A stretch of 64,000 bases of DNA from an uncultured Chroococcidiopsis sp. GTDB taxonomy: Bacteria; Cyanobacteriota; Cyanobacteriia; Cyanobacteriales; Chroococcidiopsidaceae. This document shows, one piece after another, positions 20,226 to 30,098 of the stretch (position 1 is its first letter; every line of letters begins with the position of its first letter). Under the pieces are notes generated by a model that saw only the letters and a list, made by a program, of their open reading frames with translations, was not told where the DNA came from and made no database searches. The stretch lies in assembly GCA_964248365.1 (NCBI GenBank), contig CAXTYC010000028.1, positions 8,470-72,469 on the forward strand, written 5' to 3'. Position numbers and translations under genes: made by a program.

Positions 20226-21587
20226 CTAGAGGCTAGAGGCTAGAGGAAGCGCGAGGATTTTGGATTGAAATTTCTCCTGTGCCCCCCTCTTCCCCCCTTG
20301 CCCCTGCTCCCCTGAAAAGAGAATTCTGCCATCAGCTGGCATTCCTGGTTTTGCAAAGCCCTGCGGATTTTTCAGCGTGAGTTCGACACCAAATACCTGA
20401 GTTACTCGATCTTTCTTGAAATAGATGTTTTCTGGGGTGAAGCTAGCTTTAGGATCTACCCGCGTGACTGTTGCTTGTAGTGGGCGATCGGGAAATGTAT
20501 CTAAATAAACTTTTCCTGGCTGACCGACTCTAACCATCCCGATTTCTCCTTCTGGAATGAAGCCACGCAGGTATAGATGATCGAGATTCACTAGTGTCAA
20601 TAAAGGCGCACCAGCTGCTATCACTTCGCCTGGTTCTGCATCCCGCGTGATGACGTTCCCGCTCATTGGGCTATTAATCACCAAATAATTCAAATTCGCC
20701 TGAATTTCTGCCTGCGTCGCTTTGGCATCGTCTACTTCCTGTCTAGACACCGAGACATCTGTACGGGCTTGGGCAATCTGTTTCTGGATTTGCAGCGCCG
20801 CTGCTGCGCGAATTGGTGTATTGCTTAGGGTAGACAAGGCTTGAGTTAGAGTTCCCGTTGCTGATTGCACTTGCTGGCGAGCAGCTACAACTCTGGCGTT
20901 GGCAGCGTCTGCCCCAGCGTCATCGCGATCGCGTTGCTGGGCTGACACAACTCCTTGAGCAAATAAATCTCTCGTCCGGCGTTGGTTTGCTTGCGCTAGC
21001 TTCAAATCTGCCTGGGCTTCAACTAACTGGGCGCGAGCGGCAGCCAAAGCATTTTTTGCCTGCTCGACTCGCCCCTGACTGTCTTGCTTTGCTTGCTGTG
21101 TGGTTAGATTAGCTTGCTCTAGCTGCGCTTGTAGTACGGGCAACTGTTGACGCGCCTTCTGCAACCGCTCTTGTGCTGCACGTACCCTGGCGGCAGCCCC
21201 CCGTAATTGAGCGCGTAAGTCAGCATCGTCGATTTTCACTAATAGCTGACGTGGCTTAACTACATCTCCTTCCCTGACGGCTACAGAGGCAATTCTTCCG
21301 CCAATCTTGGCTGATATATCTGTTTCATAACCCTCGATCCGACCGCTTAAAAATACACCATTCGGTTCCGGCTGATAAAAGAATAGGCGGTAAACGCCAT
21401 ACCCTACCCCAGCTACAAGGGCGATCGCAAGCAAAATTAACAATGGTTTAGGAATACGTCGCTTCGGCTTCTGGGGAGGCGGTTGCGGCTCCCCAGTTTT
21501 GGGCTGCTGTATTAGGGTTTGCTCTTTCTCTTCAACACTGGGAGCCTGTTTAAAGTCATTGGTGGGATCGGTCTGCGTTTGTTTCAT
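20226..21587 (-). CDS. HlyD-family membrane fusion protein (YbhG-like)
   Basis: N-terminal TM, SGRIEG, lipoyl half-motifs, long coiled coil, ASFTPEN, KPGMPADG. Confidence 0.92.
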   Translation of the reverse strand: MKQTQTDPTNDFKQAPSVEEKEQTLIQQPKTGEPQPPPQKPKRRIPKPLLILLAIALVAGVGYGVYRLFFYQPEPNGVFLSGRIEGYETDISAKIGGRIASVAVREGDVVKPRQLLVKIDDADLRAQLRGAAARVRAAQERLQKARQQLPVLQAQLEQANLTTQQAKQDSQGRVEQAKNALAAARAQLVEAQADLKLAQANQRRTRDLFAQGVVSAQQRDRDDAGADAANARVVAARQQVQSATGTLTQALSTLSNTPIRAAAALQIQKQIAQARTDVSVSRQEVDDAKATQAEIQANLNYLVINSPMSGNVITRDAEPGEVIAAGAPLLTLVNLDHLYLRGFIPEGEIGMVRVGQPGKVYLDTFPDRPLQATVTRVDPKASFTPENIYFKKDRVTQVFGVELTLKNPQGFAKPGMPADGRILFSGEQGQGGKRGAQEKFQSKILALPLASSL

Positions 21588-21614
21588 AACGACTCCTAAT
21601 TGATCAAATCTATT

Positions 21615-21631
21615 TGATTGATTGGTTAATC
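21615..21631. promoter_or_regulatory. Probable TetR operator (copy 1, upstream of hlyD)
   Basis: TGATTGATTGGTTAATC is identical to 22410-22426 and overlaps the inverted repeat TTGATT-GGTT-AATCAA. Confidence 0.7.
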
Positions 21632-21668
21632 AAAAATAAAATACAAAAAAAGTCTATATAGATATGTT

Positions 21669-22310
21669 TCATGAGTCTGTGCTAAAATCATTGGGAGAAA
21701 CCTGCATCCCTTGTAGGAAGACTTCAACGGCAGTTGCTACCATTGTATCGGCGCTGATTTTTTGAGCATCTGGCTGTAAAAATACTTCACGCGTGAGCAG
21801 ATAACCAACAAGAGAACCAACGAAACAACGCGCGGCGGCTCCCGGATGCATCGATTTGAGTACTCCAGTTGACATTTGCTGTTCCAAATAGCGAGTTAAG
21901 AAATCCACAGAACGGCTCGGACCAATGCTATTAACCATTTGTGCGACGTGTGGTTGTCGGATCGCTTCTCCTAATACCAACTTAAATAGGGCGATCGATG
22001 TTGGGTTTTCTGCGATTTTGAGAAAAGCATGACCAAAGATGGTTAGTACATCTTGTGGTGGTTTAGTCATGATTTCATCACTATGGTTTAGCAGTTGCAG
22101 TAAAGGTAGGCGTTGCTCAACTACTTGTCGAAACAAGTCTGCTTTATCCTTGAAGTAGTGGTAAATTAGACCAGGTGAGCCAATTCCGGCGGCGGCGGCA
22201 ATATCCTTATTGGTCGCCTTGTCAAAGCCTTTACTAGCAAAGACTTGCAACGCACCATCGATAATTTGCTGTCGCTTGACTTCAAAGTCTTGCTCGTCGC
22301 GCTTAGGCAT
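21669..22310 (-). CDS. TetR/AcrR-family transcriptional regulator
   Basis: IIDGALQVFASKGFDKATNKDIAAAAGIGSPGLIYHYFKDK helix-turn-helix. Confidence 0.95.
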   Translation of the reverse strand: MPKRDEQDFEVKRQQIIDGALQVFASKGFDKATNKDIAAAAGIGSPGLIYHYFKDKADLFRQVVEQRLPLLQLLNHSDEIMTKPPQDVLTIFGHAFLKIAENPTSIALFKLVLGEAIRQPHVAQMVNSIGPSRSVDFLTRYLEQQMSTGVLKSMHPGAAARCFVGSLVGYLLTREVFLQPDAQKISADTMVATAVEVFLQGMQVSPNDFSTDS

Positions 22311-22409
22311 AGTTCGTTTTGAGTTGAATATTTTTCGACGCGATCACAGGGGAGCAGAGGATAAAATCATCAATGCGCGAATTTCAAATTCCGAATTTCG
22401 AATTATTGA

Positions 22410-22426
22410 TGATTGATTGGTTAATC
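22410..22426. promoter_or_regulatory. Probable TetR operator (copy 2, upstream of tetR)
   Basis: Exact 17-bp match to 21615-21631. Confidence 0.7.
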
Positions 22427-22520
22427 TAAAGTGTAACATAACCTTTGAGGAGGGCAACAGCTAGGGTGAAATATTGTTACGGTAGGCAATCTCAATACTT
22501 GTGGCAGAAGTTGCTTTTAG

Positions 22521-22541
22521 TTTGACAAGCTGTCTTTTGAC
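22521..22541 (+). promoter_or_regulatory. Candidate PetR-type operator overlapping a -35-like TTGACA, upstream of the TonB-dependent receptor
   Basis: TTTGACAAGCTGTCTTTTGAC matches the box upstream of petJ (32431-32451) at 20 of 21 positions and contains GAC-N5-GTC. Confidence 0.65.
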
Positions 22542-22603
22542 AGAAAGAATCTACCCACTCAAAATCATACGAGTATAAAAAATATTAAGCGTGGGGAAAG
22601 TTC

Positions 22604-24708
22604 GTGCATCAACTGCATTGGCTGAAGCATCTAGGTCTAGCTTCGGCTGTTGTAATGCTAGCGAATCAGCCAGTTCGCGCTGATGTAGCTCAGGTTACTA
22701 GCGTTAGGCTTAATTCAGCTGAGAGTGTTTTGCAAGTCATTCTGAACACCTCAAGTAGCAATCCCCTTGAGGTCTTTACCACCACCTACAATCAGACCTT
22801 AATTGCTGACATTCCCAATACCCAGCTACGTTTACCCAACAGTGGTACATTCCGCCAGGATAACCCCACTGCTGACATCGCATCGGTTAGTGTTGTCCGC
22901 TTAAATGCCAATAGCATTCGAGTGATGATCGTTGGTAAAGCAGGCGCACCAAAAGCACAGGTACAAAAGAGCGATGCCTCCGGCGGGCTTCGCCAACGCA
23001 CTCTTGTTCTCAGCCTCACTCCAGTAGCAAATAATACAGCAAATCAGCCCACGCCAGCCAGTCCTTAAATCCAGCCATCAGACGCAACCCCCGATACTGA
23101 GGAATCACAAGCAGAATCAGACGAGGCAATTGAAATTAAGGTGACAGGTGAGCGAGAAAATGGATATAGCGTCCCAGAAACCTCAACTGGGACGAAGATA
23201 GATGCCCCAAACCGTGACATTCCCAGATCCATTCAGACAATCCCGCGTCAGGTGATTGAAGACCGTCAAATAGTACGTCCAGATGAATTAACAGACAATG
23301 TAAGCGCTGTCCAAAGGTTAGTAGGCTTAGCCTCATCTTCAGGCTTAGGTGCTGCGCTGGGTTACTATATTCGCGGTTTTTATAATTATGAAAGTGGGGC
23401 AATGGTTTTCGAGAATTTAGTCTTCTAAGTCCTCACGATCTCGCTAATGTTGAGCGGGTCGAATTTTTGAAAGGTCTTGCTGCTATTCTTTATGGCGGTG
23501 GTTTTTCCCCTGGAGGCGTAGTCAATACGATAACAAAAAAGCCACTTGATACGCCTTTCTATCGTGCGACCATGACTGTAGGTAACTACAGCTTTTATCG
23601 CCCGACGCTTGATATCACAGGTCCACTCACATCATTACCTATAACCTGGAACACAAATTCAGTGAGAATTGGAGATTTAGGCAGGGTTTTAACGCGCTCA
23701 ATAGCGATTTAGAAATTGGCTCTCGTTTCTACACTGGCACTTTGGAAGAGGATCGGCAGACACTCGATCGCATAACTTCAAAGGGACCACAAAACAATGA
23801 AAACTATACGTTGCAAAACGAATTTTATGGCGATTTTAATACAGGCTCTTTGCGTCACAAGCTTCTAGTAGGACTAGAGTTATCACGATTCCAATACGGC
23901 TATGAAGTTCTGGGTGCAGATTTAGCACCAATTAATATTTTTCGCCCCAGATATGGCGCACGACCTGGAGTGTTCGCACCACTTTTAACTGGGGAATATA
24001 TTTCAGATGACCTTGGGGTTTACGTGCAAGATTTGATTGAGATTTTGCCTAATCTCAAGCTTTTGGCTGCTGGTCGGTTTGACACAACCGATTCAACTCT
24101 AAAAGATCGCATAGATGGTCCGACAGTTTTTAAGCAATCGAGCGATCGCTTCTTGCCATCAGTCGGTATTGTCTACCAACCCGTCGAATCCACGTCGCTT
24201 TATTTTAACTGGTCTAACTCTTTTTCTCTCCCGTTCCTGGGCAGAAGTCGGACAAACGAAGCATTCAAACTCAGAGGGCGAACAATTTGAAGTTGGGGTC
24301 AAGCAGGATTTGATCCAAGATCGGCTATCAGCGACTTTGACTTTTTATCAAATCACCAAACAAAACGTGCTGACACCAGATCCAGTCGCTCCGACTTTCA
24401 GCATCGTCACAGGCGAACAAAAAAGTCGTGGTGTCGAGCTGGATCTAGCCGGAGAAATTTTACCTGGCTGGAACATTATCGCCTTTTATGCATATACCGA
24501 TGCTTTTGTCAACAAAGACATTGTTATTCCCGTTGGAGATCAATTAGTTGGTGCGCCGTATAATAGTGCCAGCTTGTGGACGACTTACGAGCTTCAAGAG
24601 GGGAATTTGCAGGGATTGGGGTTTGGGCTAGGACTTGTGTATGTAGGCGATCGCCAAGTTTCTCTACCCAATACATTCACCAGTCCCTCATATCTTAGAA
24701 CCGATGCC
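22604..24708 (+). pseudogene. AMIN-domain TonB-dependent receptor, degraded
   Basis: Signal peptide plus AMIN domain, nonsense TAA at 23066, plug (TGTKIDAPNRDIPRSIQ, VERVEFLKG), frameshifts near 23400 and 24270, an apparent internal deletion near 23630, barrel motifs (QFEVGVK, GEQKSRGVELD); cut at YLRTDA by an IS. Confidence 0.92.
22976..22996 (+). mobile_element. 21-nt short dispersed element inserted into a HIP1 site (SDR5-like)
   Basis: GCGAT[GCCTCCGGCGGGCTTCGCCAA]CGC; removing the 21 nt restores GCGATCGC and keeps the frame. Confidence 0.75.
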
Positions 24709-25995
24709 CTGAAGGGGTGACAGCCACCTCAAAAGGCTTGCCAGTTGGGCATGGGAGCAACTTATGGTAAAAAAAGATCGGTCTATTTTTGTCAATAAGA
24801 CCGACCAGTTGAAAAATGTTGCCTCAATTTTACATTACCTGCCTTCAAAGTCAACTTAGTTCTACTCAATTTCTTACCCTACAAATCCGGCGTTGGGATA
24901 CTGCAATTTCACAAACAAGTGCGGATTGAGAGATTAGCAGCACTTTTCCCACAACCAATCCTTTTTGAGAGTCGTCGTCGCAGTCTGCAAAAATTTTTCA
25001 TCTTGCCGCAACTAAGCATACCTCTACTCTGGTTCCCCATCATCAAATACCTTTTAAGAACCGAATTCAAGGAAAATAAGCCAATAATAATTGCAATTGA
25101 TAGAACTCACGGGAAACAGAACAACTTATTTGTAGCTAGCTTAATTTGGGAGCAACGAGCGATTCCGATTTACTGGCAATTTTTGCCCAAGATTGGCAGT
25201 AGTAACATAGGCGAACAAAAAGCTTTACTCCGTCCAGTTATTCGCCTGTTCAGAGGTAATAAAATTATTGTAGTAGGAGAGCGTGAGTTTCGTAGTGTTG
25301 AACTGGCTAGTTGGCTTGGGCAGCAGAATGTGTACTTCGCCTTTAGGCAAAAAAAAGATACTTACATTCAACAAAGTGGTGAAGACTACCAAACATTGGA
25401 ATCTTTAGGTTTAGCACCAGGAATGAAGATGTACCTGACTGGGATAAAAATTACCAAAAAACAAGGATTTGGTACTTTTAATCTTGCCGCCTACTGGAAG
25501 CGGAAATATCGGGGCAACGTGCCACAAGAGGGGTGGTACATCTTGACTAACCTGACAGATTTATCAACTGCACTTCAAGTCTTTAAAGCCCGCAGTGGCA
25601 TAGAAGCAATGTTCAAAGACTGCAAAACTGGTGGCTAAACCAACGAAGGTTCCAAAGCTTCGATTGAGCGCCTAACTCGCGAGCGTTTTACTGATAGCAA
25701 TTGCTTACACTTGTGCTGGGCTTAGCGGCAGAAAAATTAAACACTCAGGACAGCAAAAATATATTAGTCGTCTACAGGAACTAGGGCGGTTGCACAAAAG
25801 ACACAGTAGTTTTTGGGTAGGCTTATACGGACAACTGTGGATAGCTAGCATGGAGTTTTGGTCAGATAAAGCAACACAATTAATCCAACTTAAGCGCCAA
25901 AAGCTATCTAGCCAAAAGCTATCTAATTTTCAACGAGGTCTTCAAGCTATGACCTTTATCCAGTCTACTTTATAAGCTTCCTGCCACCCCGTCAG
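24709..25995 (+). mobile_element. IS4-like insertion sequence with an inactivated DDE transposase
   Basis: Terminal inverted repeats CTGAAGGGGTGACAG and CTGCCACCCCGTCAG (13/15). Transposase from about 24816 (MLPQFY) with a frameshift, IAIDRT, GEREF, RSGIEAMFKDCKTGG then a premature TAA at 25636-25638 and further frameshifting. No target duplication. Confidence 0.9.
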
Positions 25996-26001
25996 CAGGA
26001 A

Positions 26002-27233
26002 CTAGTCTGTTTGAGAACGACGTAAAGCTTGCTGTAACCTACTTTGACTATCGGACGGGGCAGGTTGTGAGTTGTTGGTAGACTGAGTTTGTTGTTGTTG
26101 CTGTCTGGGTGCAGCTGCTTGGGAAGGACGCTGTTGTGAGGATGCATCCTCTTGCTGGCGTTTTCTACGTGCTTCTGTGCGTTTGCGACGTTCTTCTGCT
26201 CTGCGCGCTCTTTGAGATCCTTCGAGGGCAAAATCAACTTTGGCTACAACTTTTTGTGTTCCACCTTTTGGATTTTTTAGCTTCCAGCGCCTTGCTGTTC
26301 TGACTGCTTCTTCATCAAGATCGGAATCACCGCTTGATTGTGCTACCTTAACATCGGTAACATTACCTCTTTCATCAACTTCTAATTTGACTTTGATGCT
26401 ACCTTCTATACCTCTACGTCGAGCTTTTTCTGGATACTTAGGTTTAGCACATTCGCGGCAAGCTAAACGACCGCTACCCGTACCTTCTGCATTGCCTGCA
26501 CCGCTACCTCGCCCTTGAGGAGTTCCCCTCGTGGCACTTCCCGAACCAGTGCTATTATTGCCTGTACTCCTATCCGTACCAAAGGTGTTGCCCGTGCTGA
26601 CTCTTGAACCAGTAGCAACGCTCGTTGATCCTTGTATATTACCAACAGGTGGGGCTGAAGGTGCTGTATTGGTAGATGTATTCGCTTGACTTGCTCTAGC
26701 TGCTCTTGCTTCTGCTAGGGTATCTTTTAACTGTTGATTAGATACTGCGGTGGGTGCTGTTTGGACTGGCTTTGGTGTGGCAGCTATTTCTGGTGCTGGT
26801 TCCGGCTTCACGCTAGAGACAGGTTTTTGTATAGGTTGCGGTGTTGCTTGAGGTTGTTTTTCCGCTACAATCGCTGGTGATGGAGCCACGCGCTAAAGGC
26901 GAGGGTATTTTAGTGGCAACTTTTGGCGCTGGGGACTGACTGCGAATTCTGCTATAACCTGGTGATTTAGTTACTGGTGCTTTTGATGGCTGCATTGGCT
27001 GTCGTTGAGGTTCCGGTTGTGGTTTAACTTGTTCCACTTTGGGAGGATCGACGATCGCAACTTCCATTGGCTTGTCTTCTAGATCCGGTGTTTTAGACAA
27101 AAAATTGCCTATACCCGAAGCTAGTAAACTAATATGCAATGTTATTGAGCCAATTAGACTAAAAGCAAGAAAAGATTTGAGGGATGATCGCTTCTTTTTC
27201 TCGCTGCTGCACCGCGATGCTAGACAGGAACAT
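26002..27233 (-). pseudogene. tonB: TonB energy transducer with two frameshifts
   Basis: ATG 27233 MFLSSIAVQQREKEA shifts near 27185 into SLKSFLAFSLIGSITLH (TM with SxxxH), shifts again near 26890, then a Pro/Gly-rich linker and TonB_C (KPKYPEKARRRGIEG, SSGDSDLDEEA). Confidence 0.85.
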
Positions 27234-27442
27234 ACTCTACTGCCACTTATTTTCACTAATCTCCTGAGACTAAAATGTGGTAACAGCAAAAGTCAAGCTA
27301 AATTATTGAAAGTATTTCTTTTCTTAACGAACTCAAAAAAACTACCTAATGCTTGTCTAGTCACACTTTCAGAGCAAAAATTTTTTCTATACATCTTGAA
27401 GTGAGTTGTGATAAACTGCTTGAGATTGATTTCCATTGGTAA

Positions 27443-27462
27443 TACTTCTCTATTGAGAAGTA
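27443..27462. promoter_or_regulatory. Palindrome in the tonB/exbB divergent promoter, possibly a Fur-type site
   Basis: Perfect 8-bp inverted repeat TACTTCTC-tatt-GAGAAGTA in an AT-rich region. Confidence 0.4.
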
Positions 27463-27531
27463 ATATCACTTGAATAGCCGAGTTAGCTAGGAAACTGGCT
27501 GTGCCTAATTTGATTATTCTTGAACAAGTAC

Positions 27532-28185
27532 ATGAGAATTAATAATGTGTTTACAGCAGGCGGCGTAGTTATGTTTCCCCTGCTGGGGTTTTCAATATTG
27601 GCGATCGCGCTAATTGTCGAGCGTGTAACATTTTGGGTGCGGATTACTAAACGACAGCGCCGAGTTGTGCGAGAAGTGTTAAATCTCTATCGGCATGATA
27701 ACGTCGTATCAGCTATAGATTTGCTCAAACACAATGCAGATTTGCCAATGGCAAGAATTTTTTTAGCAGCTTTAGAACTTGAGCAACCTAACCCAGAAGA
27801 ATTTCGCCTCGCCTTAGAAAGTGAAGCACAAGCCGAAATTCCATTACTTAAAAGATTTAACAACATTTTTGAGACAATTATTAGCCTTGCACCCCTGTTG
27901 GGTTTACTTGGTACTGTTTTGGGATTGATTGCATCCTTTGCCTCTCTCGATATCGGGGATGTGGGAGGTAGCAAAACAGCTAGTGTTACATCTGGAATTA
28001 GTGAAGCTCTAGTTTCAACAGCATCAGGCTTGGTGGTTGCTATCTTTACGCTTTTATTTGCAAATACATTTCGGGGATTATACATCCGCCAAATTGCACA
28101 GATTCAAGAATACGGTGGTCAGCTAGAATTACTCTACCGCCGTCGCTATGAACGAGGGGAAAAAACTTATGCGTCTACCAGATGA
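27532..28185 (+). CDS. exbB: ExbB/TolQ proton-channel protein
   Basis: GGVVMFPL, APLLGLLGTVLGLI, GISEALVSTASGL. Confidence 0.93.
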   Translation: MRINNVFTAGGVVMFPLLGFSILAIALIVERVTFWVRITKRQRRVVREVLNLYRHDNVVSAIDLLKHNADLPMARIFLAALELEQPNPEEFRLALESEAQAEIPLLKRFNNIFETIISLAPLLGLLGTVLGLIASFASLDIGDVGGSKTASVTSGISEALVSTASGLVVAIFTLLFANTFRGLYIRQIAQIQEYGGQLELLYRRRYERGEKTYASTR

Positions 28186-28573
28186 ACCGGATATTCCAGC
28201 GCAGATCAACATCGTGCCGATGATCGATGTCATCTTCGCAATTTTGACCTTTTTTATCATGTCAACGCTGTTTCTGACTCGTTCTGAGGGGCTGTCAGTC
28301 AATTTACCCCAAGCTTCCTCAGCAAAAGCTCAGCCGGCAGCTCCAATTACAATTACGATAGATGCCCAAGGAAAACTAGCATTAAATCGAAAGTCAATTC
28401 AACTCCAAGCGCTAGATGGTGAAGTACGGCAGATGATTAAGCCAAATCAGGAAGCGTTGGTAGTTTTGAATGCAGATAAGTCTGTAACTCATGGTCAAGT
28501 GGTGAGTGTAATGGATATATTACGACAAGTACCAGGAGCAAAGTTGGCGATCGCCACGCAGAGGATTCGTTAA
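28169..28573 (+). CDS. exbD: ExbD/TolR protein
   Basis: INIVPMIDVIF, VNLPQA, NADKSV; overlaps the exbB stop. Confidence 0.93.
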   Translation: MRLPDEPDIPAQINIVPMIDVIFAILTFFIMSTLFLTRSEGLSVNLPQASSAKAQPAAPITITIDAQGKLALNRKSIQLQALDGEVRQMIKPNQEALVVLNADKSVTHGQVVSVMDILRQVPGAKLAIATQRIR

Positions 28574-28597
28574 GAAAGATAGATTTTTCGTTAGGGC

Positions 28598-28785
28598 AGG
28601 CAGGGGGAGAGTGGGAGAGGGGGAGAGTGGGAGAGGGGGAGAGGAGAAAATCATCAATTTCCCTTTACCCTTTACCCTTTACCCTTTTTTCTAGCCTCCA
28701 GCCTCTAGCCTCTAGCCTCTAGCCTCTAGCCTCCAGCCTCTAGCCTCTAGCCTCTTGCCCCTAGCCCCTAGCCTCCAGCCCCTGC
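28598..28785. repeat. Mixed tandem short repeats (STRR-like)
   Basis: GGGAGAG-rich units, (CCCTTTA)n and a long (CTAGCCT)n run between convergent genes. Confidence 0.9.
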
Positions 28786-29634
28786 TTAAGAATGAAATGG
28801 TACAGTTGCTAAAGGTAGGAATGCCAAGAGCAACCATAGTAATGACCACTTTAGTTGAGGCTGGGTGGTTGGTTCAGGGGAAGTTAGTAGGGCTTCGATG
28901 CGTTCTGTAAAGCGATCGCTTTGAGCAATGGCACTGAACGCAGCACAGAAGCTTGTCATCGGCATGATTGAAGAACGCACTACTAACACTAGAGACTCTG
29001 CCAACACTAGCGGATCTACTTGTTGTGCTGCCCAAGCGTCAGCTCGTATTTCCCGTAAAAGTAAGAGTTCTTGCCATAAGGCTTCTGTATTCGGCAACCA
29101 AGCGGTACAATTGCGTATCCAGCCAAGCCAGAAAAACCAGAAGGTATCTCGGTAATAGTAATGTGCTTGTTCATGGGCAATGACGGCTGATAATTGCTCT
29201 GGTCGGAGTGTGTGCAACAAACCGAGGCTGACAACTAATTCTGGCTGCCAAAAACCAACTAATGCACTAAATAGGGCGTTCGTTTCCAGCACTCGACTGT
29301 TTCTATCACCCAGATTTTGCACAGGGTATGTACGGGTTTTTTGTACAGAACGCCATCCCTCCCAGGCAAGTTTCAATCCTAAAAAGCCAACTATTGCAAA
29401 CAAAAACCAAGTTAGCCAGTAGCTAAATCGTCCGACTTGCAACCCGATCATGGTTCCCTGGGTTCCCATGCAAAGCACTGCCAAGCCTGTGATGAATAGT
29501 AGCAGTGGCGGGAACAGAAAGAAAAATAGCGATCGCCCCCAACGCCGATTCCAATTATCTTTAGTATCCGCACACCAGCTTTGTCGTACAGCGATTGCCA
29601 TTGTCAATGCAGCCAAAATCATGAATAAATGCAT
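28786..29634 (-). CDS. petP: BlaR1/M56-like membrane metalloprotease, probable PetP copper-responsive protease
   Basis: N-terminal MH, TM helices with PPLL and LCMG, HEQAH, REIRAD, C-terminal PFH; coupled to the upstream BlaI-family gene. Confidence 0.85.
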   Translation of the reverse strand: MHLFMILAALTMAIAVRQSWCADTKDNWNRRWGRSLFFFLFPPLLLFITGLAVLCMGTQGTMIGLQVGRFSYWLTWFLFAIVGFLGLKLAWEGWRSVQKTRTYPVQNLGDRNSRVLETNALFSALVGFWQPELVVSLGLLHTLRPEQLSAVIAHEQAHYYYRDTFWFFWLGWIRNCTAWLPNTEALWQELLLLREIRADAWAAQQVDPLVLAESLVLVVRSSIMPMTSFCAAFSAIAQSDRFTERIEALLTSPEPTTQPQLKWSLLWLLLAFLPLATVPFHS

Positions 29635-30053
29635 TACTGTTCCTCCCTAGCGCGACGTGCGGCTTGAATTCGTTCGGCGATCGCTTCTAATTGTTCGCAG
29701 CTGGCATAATCAAGACTATCTGCAAATGCAGCTACCACATCTGGGTTGCCTACTGCTAAAAATTTGTGTAAATTTTCATGTGCAACGATCATCTGCGCCT
29801 GTTCTTTCGACACCAGTGGATGCCAATAAAAGGCACGTTCTTGTTTATCACACCTTAGCCAGCCTTTTTCAGTCAACCGACGTAGTACGGTAGTGACCGA
29901 GGTATAAGCTAATTCTCGATTGGGATCGGTGAGAATGCGATCGTGTACGTCCTTGACAGTGACAGAACCGAGTTCCCAGACTATATGCAAAATCTCTGTT
30001 TCTAGTGGACCTAAAGACAGTTGTTTAGGACGGTAATCAGGCAGAGGAGCCAT
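29634..30053 (-). CDS. petR: BlaI/MecI/CopY-family regulator, probable PetR
   Basis: LGPLETEILHIVW, LAYTSVTTVLRRLTEKGWL; paired with a protease and close to petJ. Confidence 0.85.
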   Translation of the reverse strand: MAPLPDYRPKQLSLGPLETEILHIVWELGSVTVKDVHDRILTDPNRELAYTSVTTVLRRLTEKGWLRCDKQERAFYWHPLVSKEQAQMIVAHENLHKFLAVGNPDVVAAFADSLDYASCEQLEAIAERIQAARRAREEQ

Positions 30054-30098
30054 AATACTTAAATTAATTTATTTCAATCAACAACTAAGCTGATATTA

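Noticed and set aside
26002..27233. Programmed frameshifting in tonB
   Set aside because: Two separate shifts would be needed, I see no clear slippery site at either, and the neighbouring receptor is also decayed.
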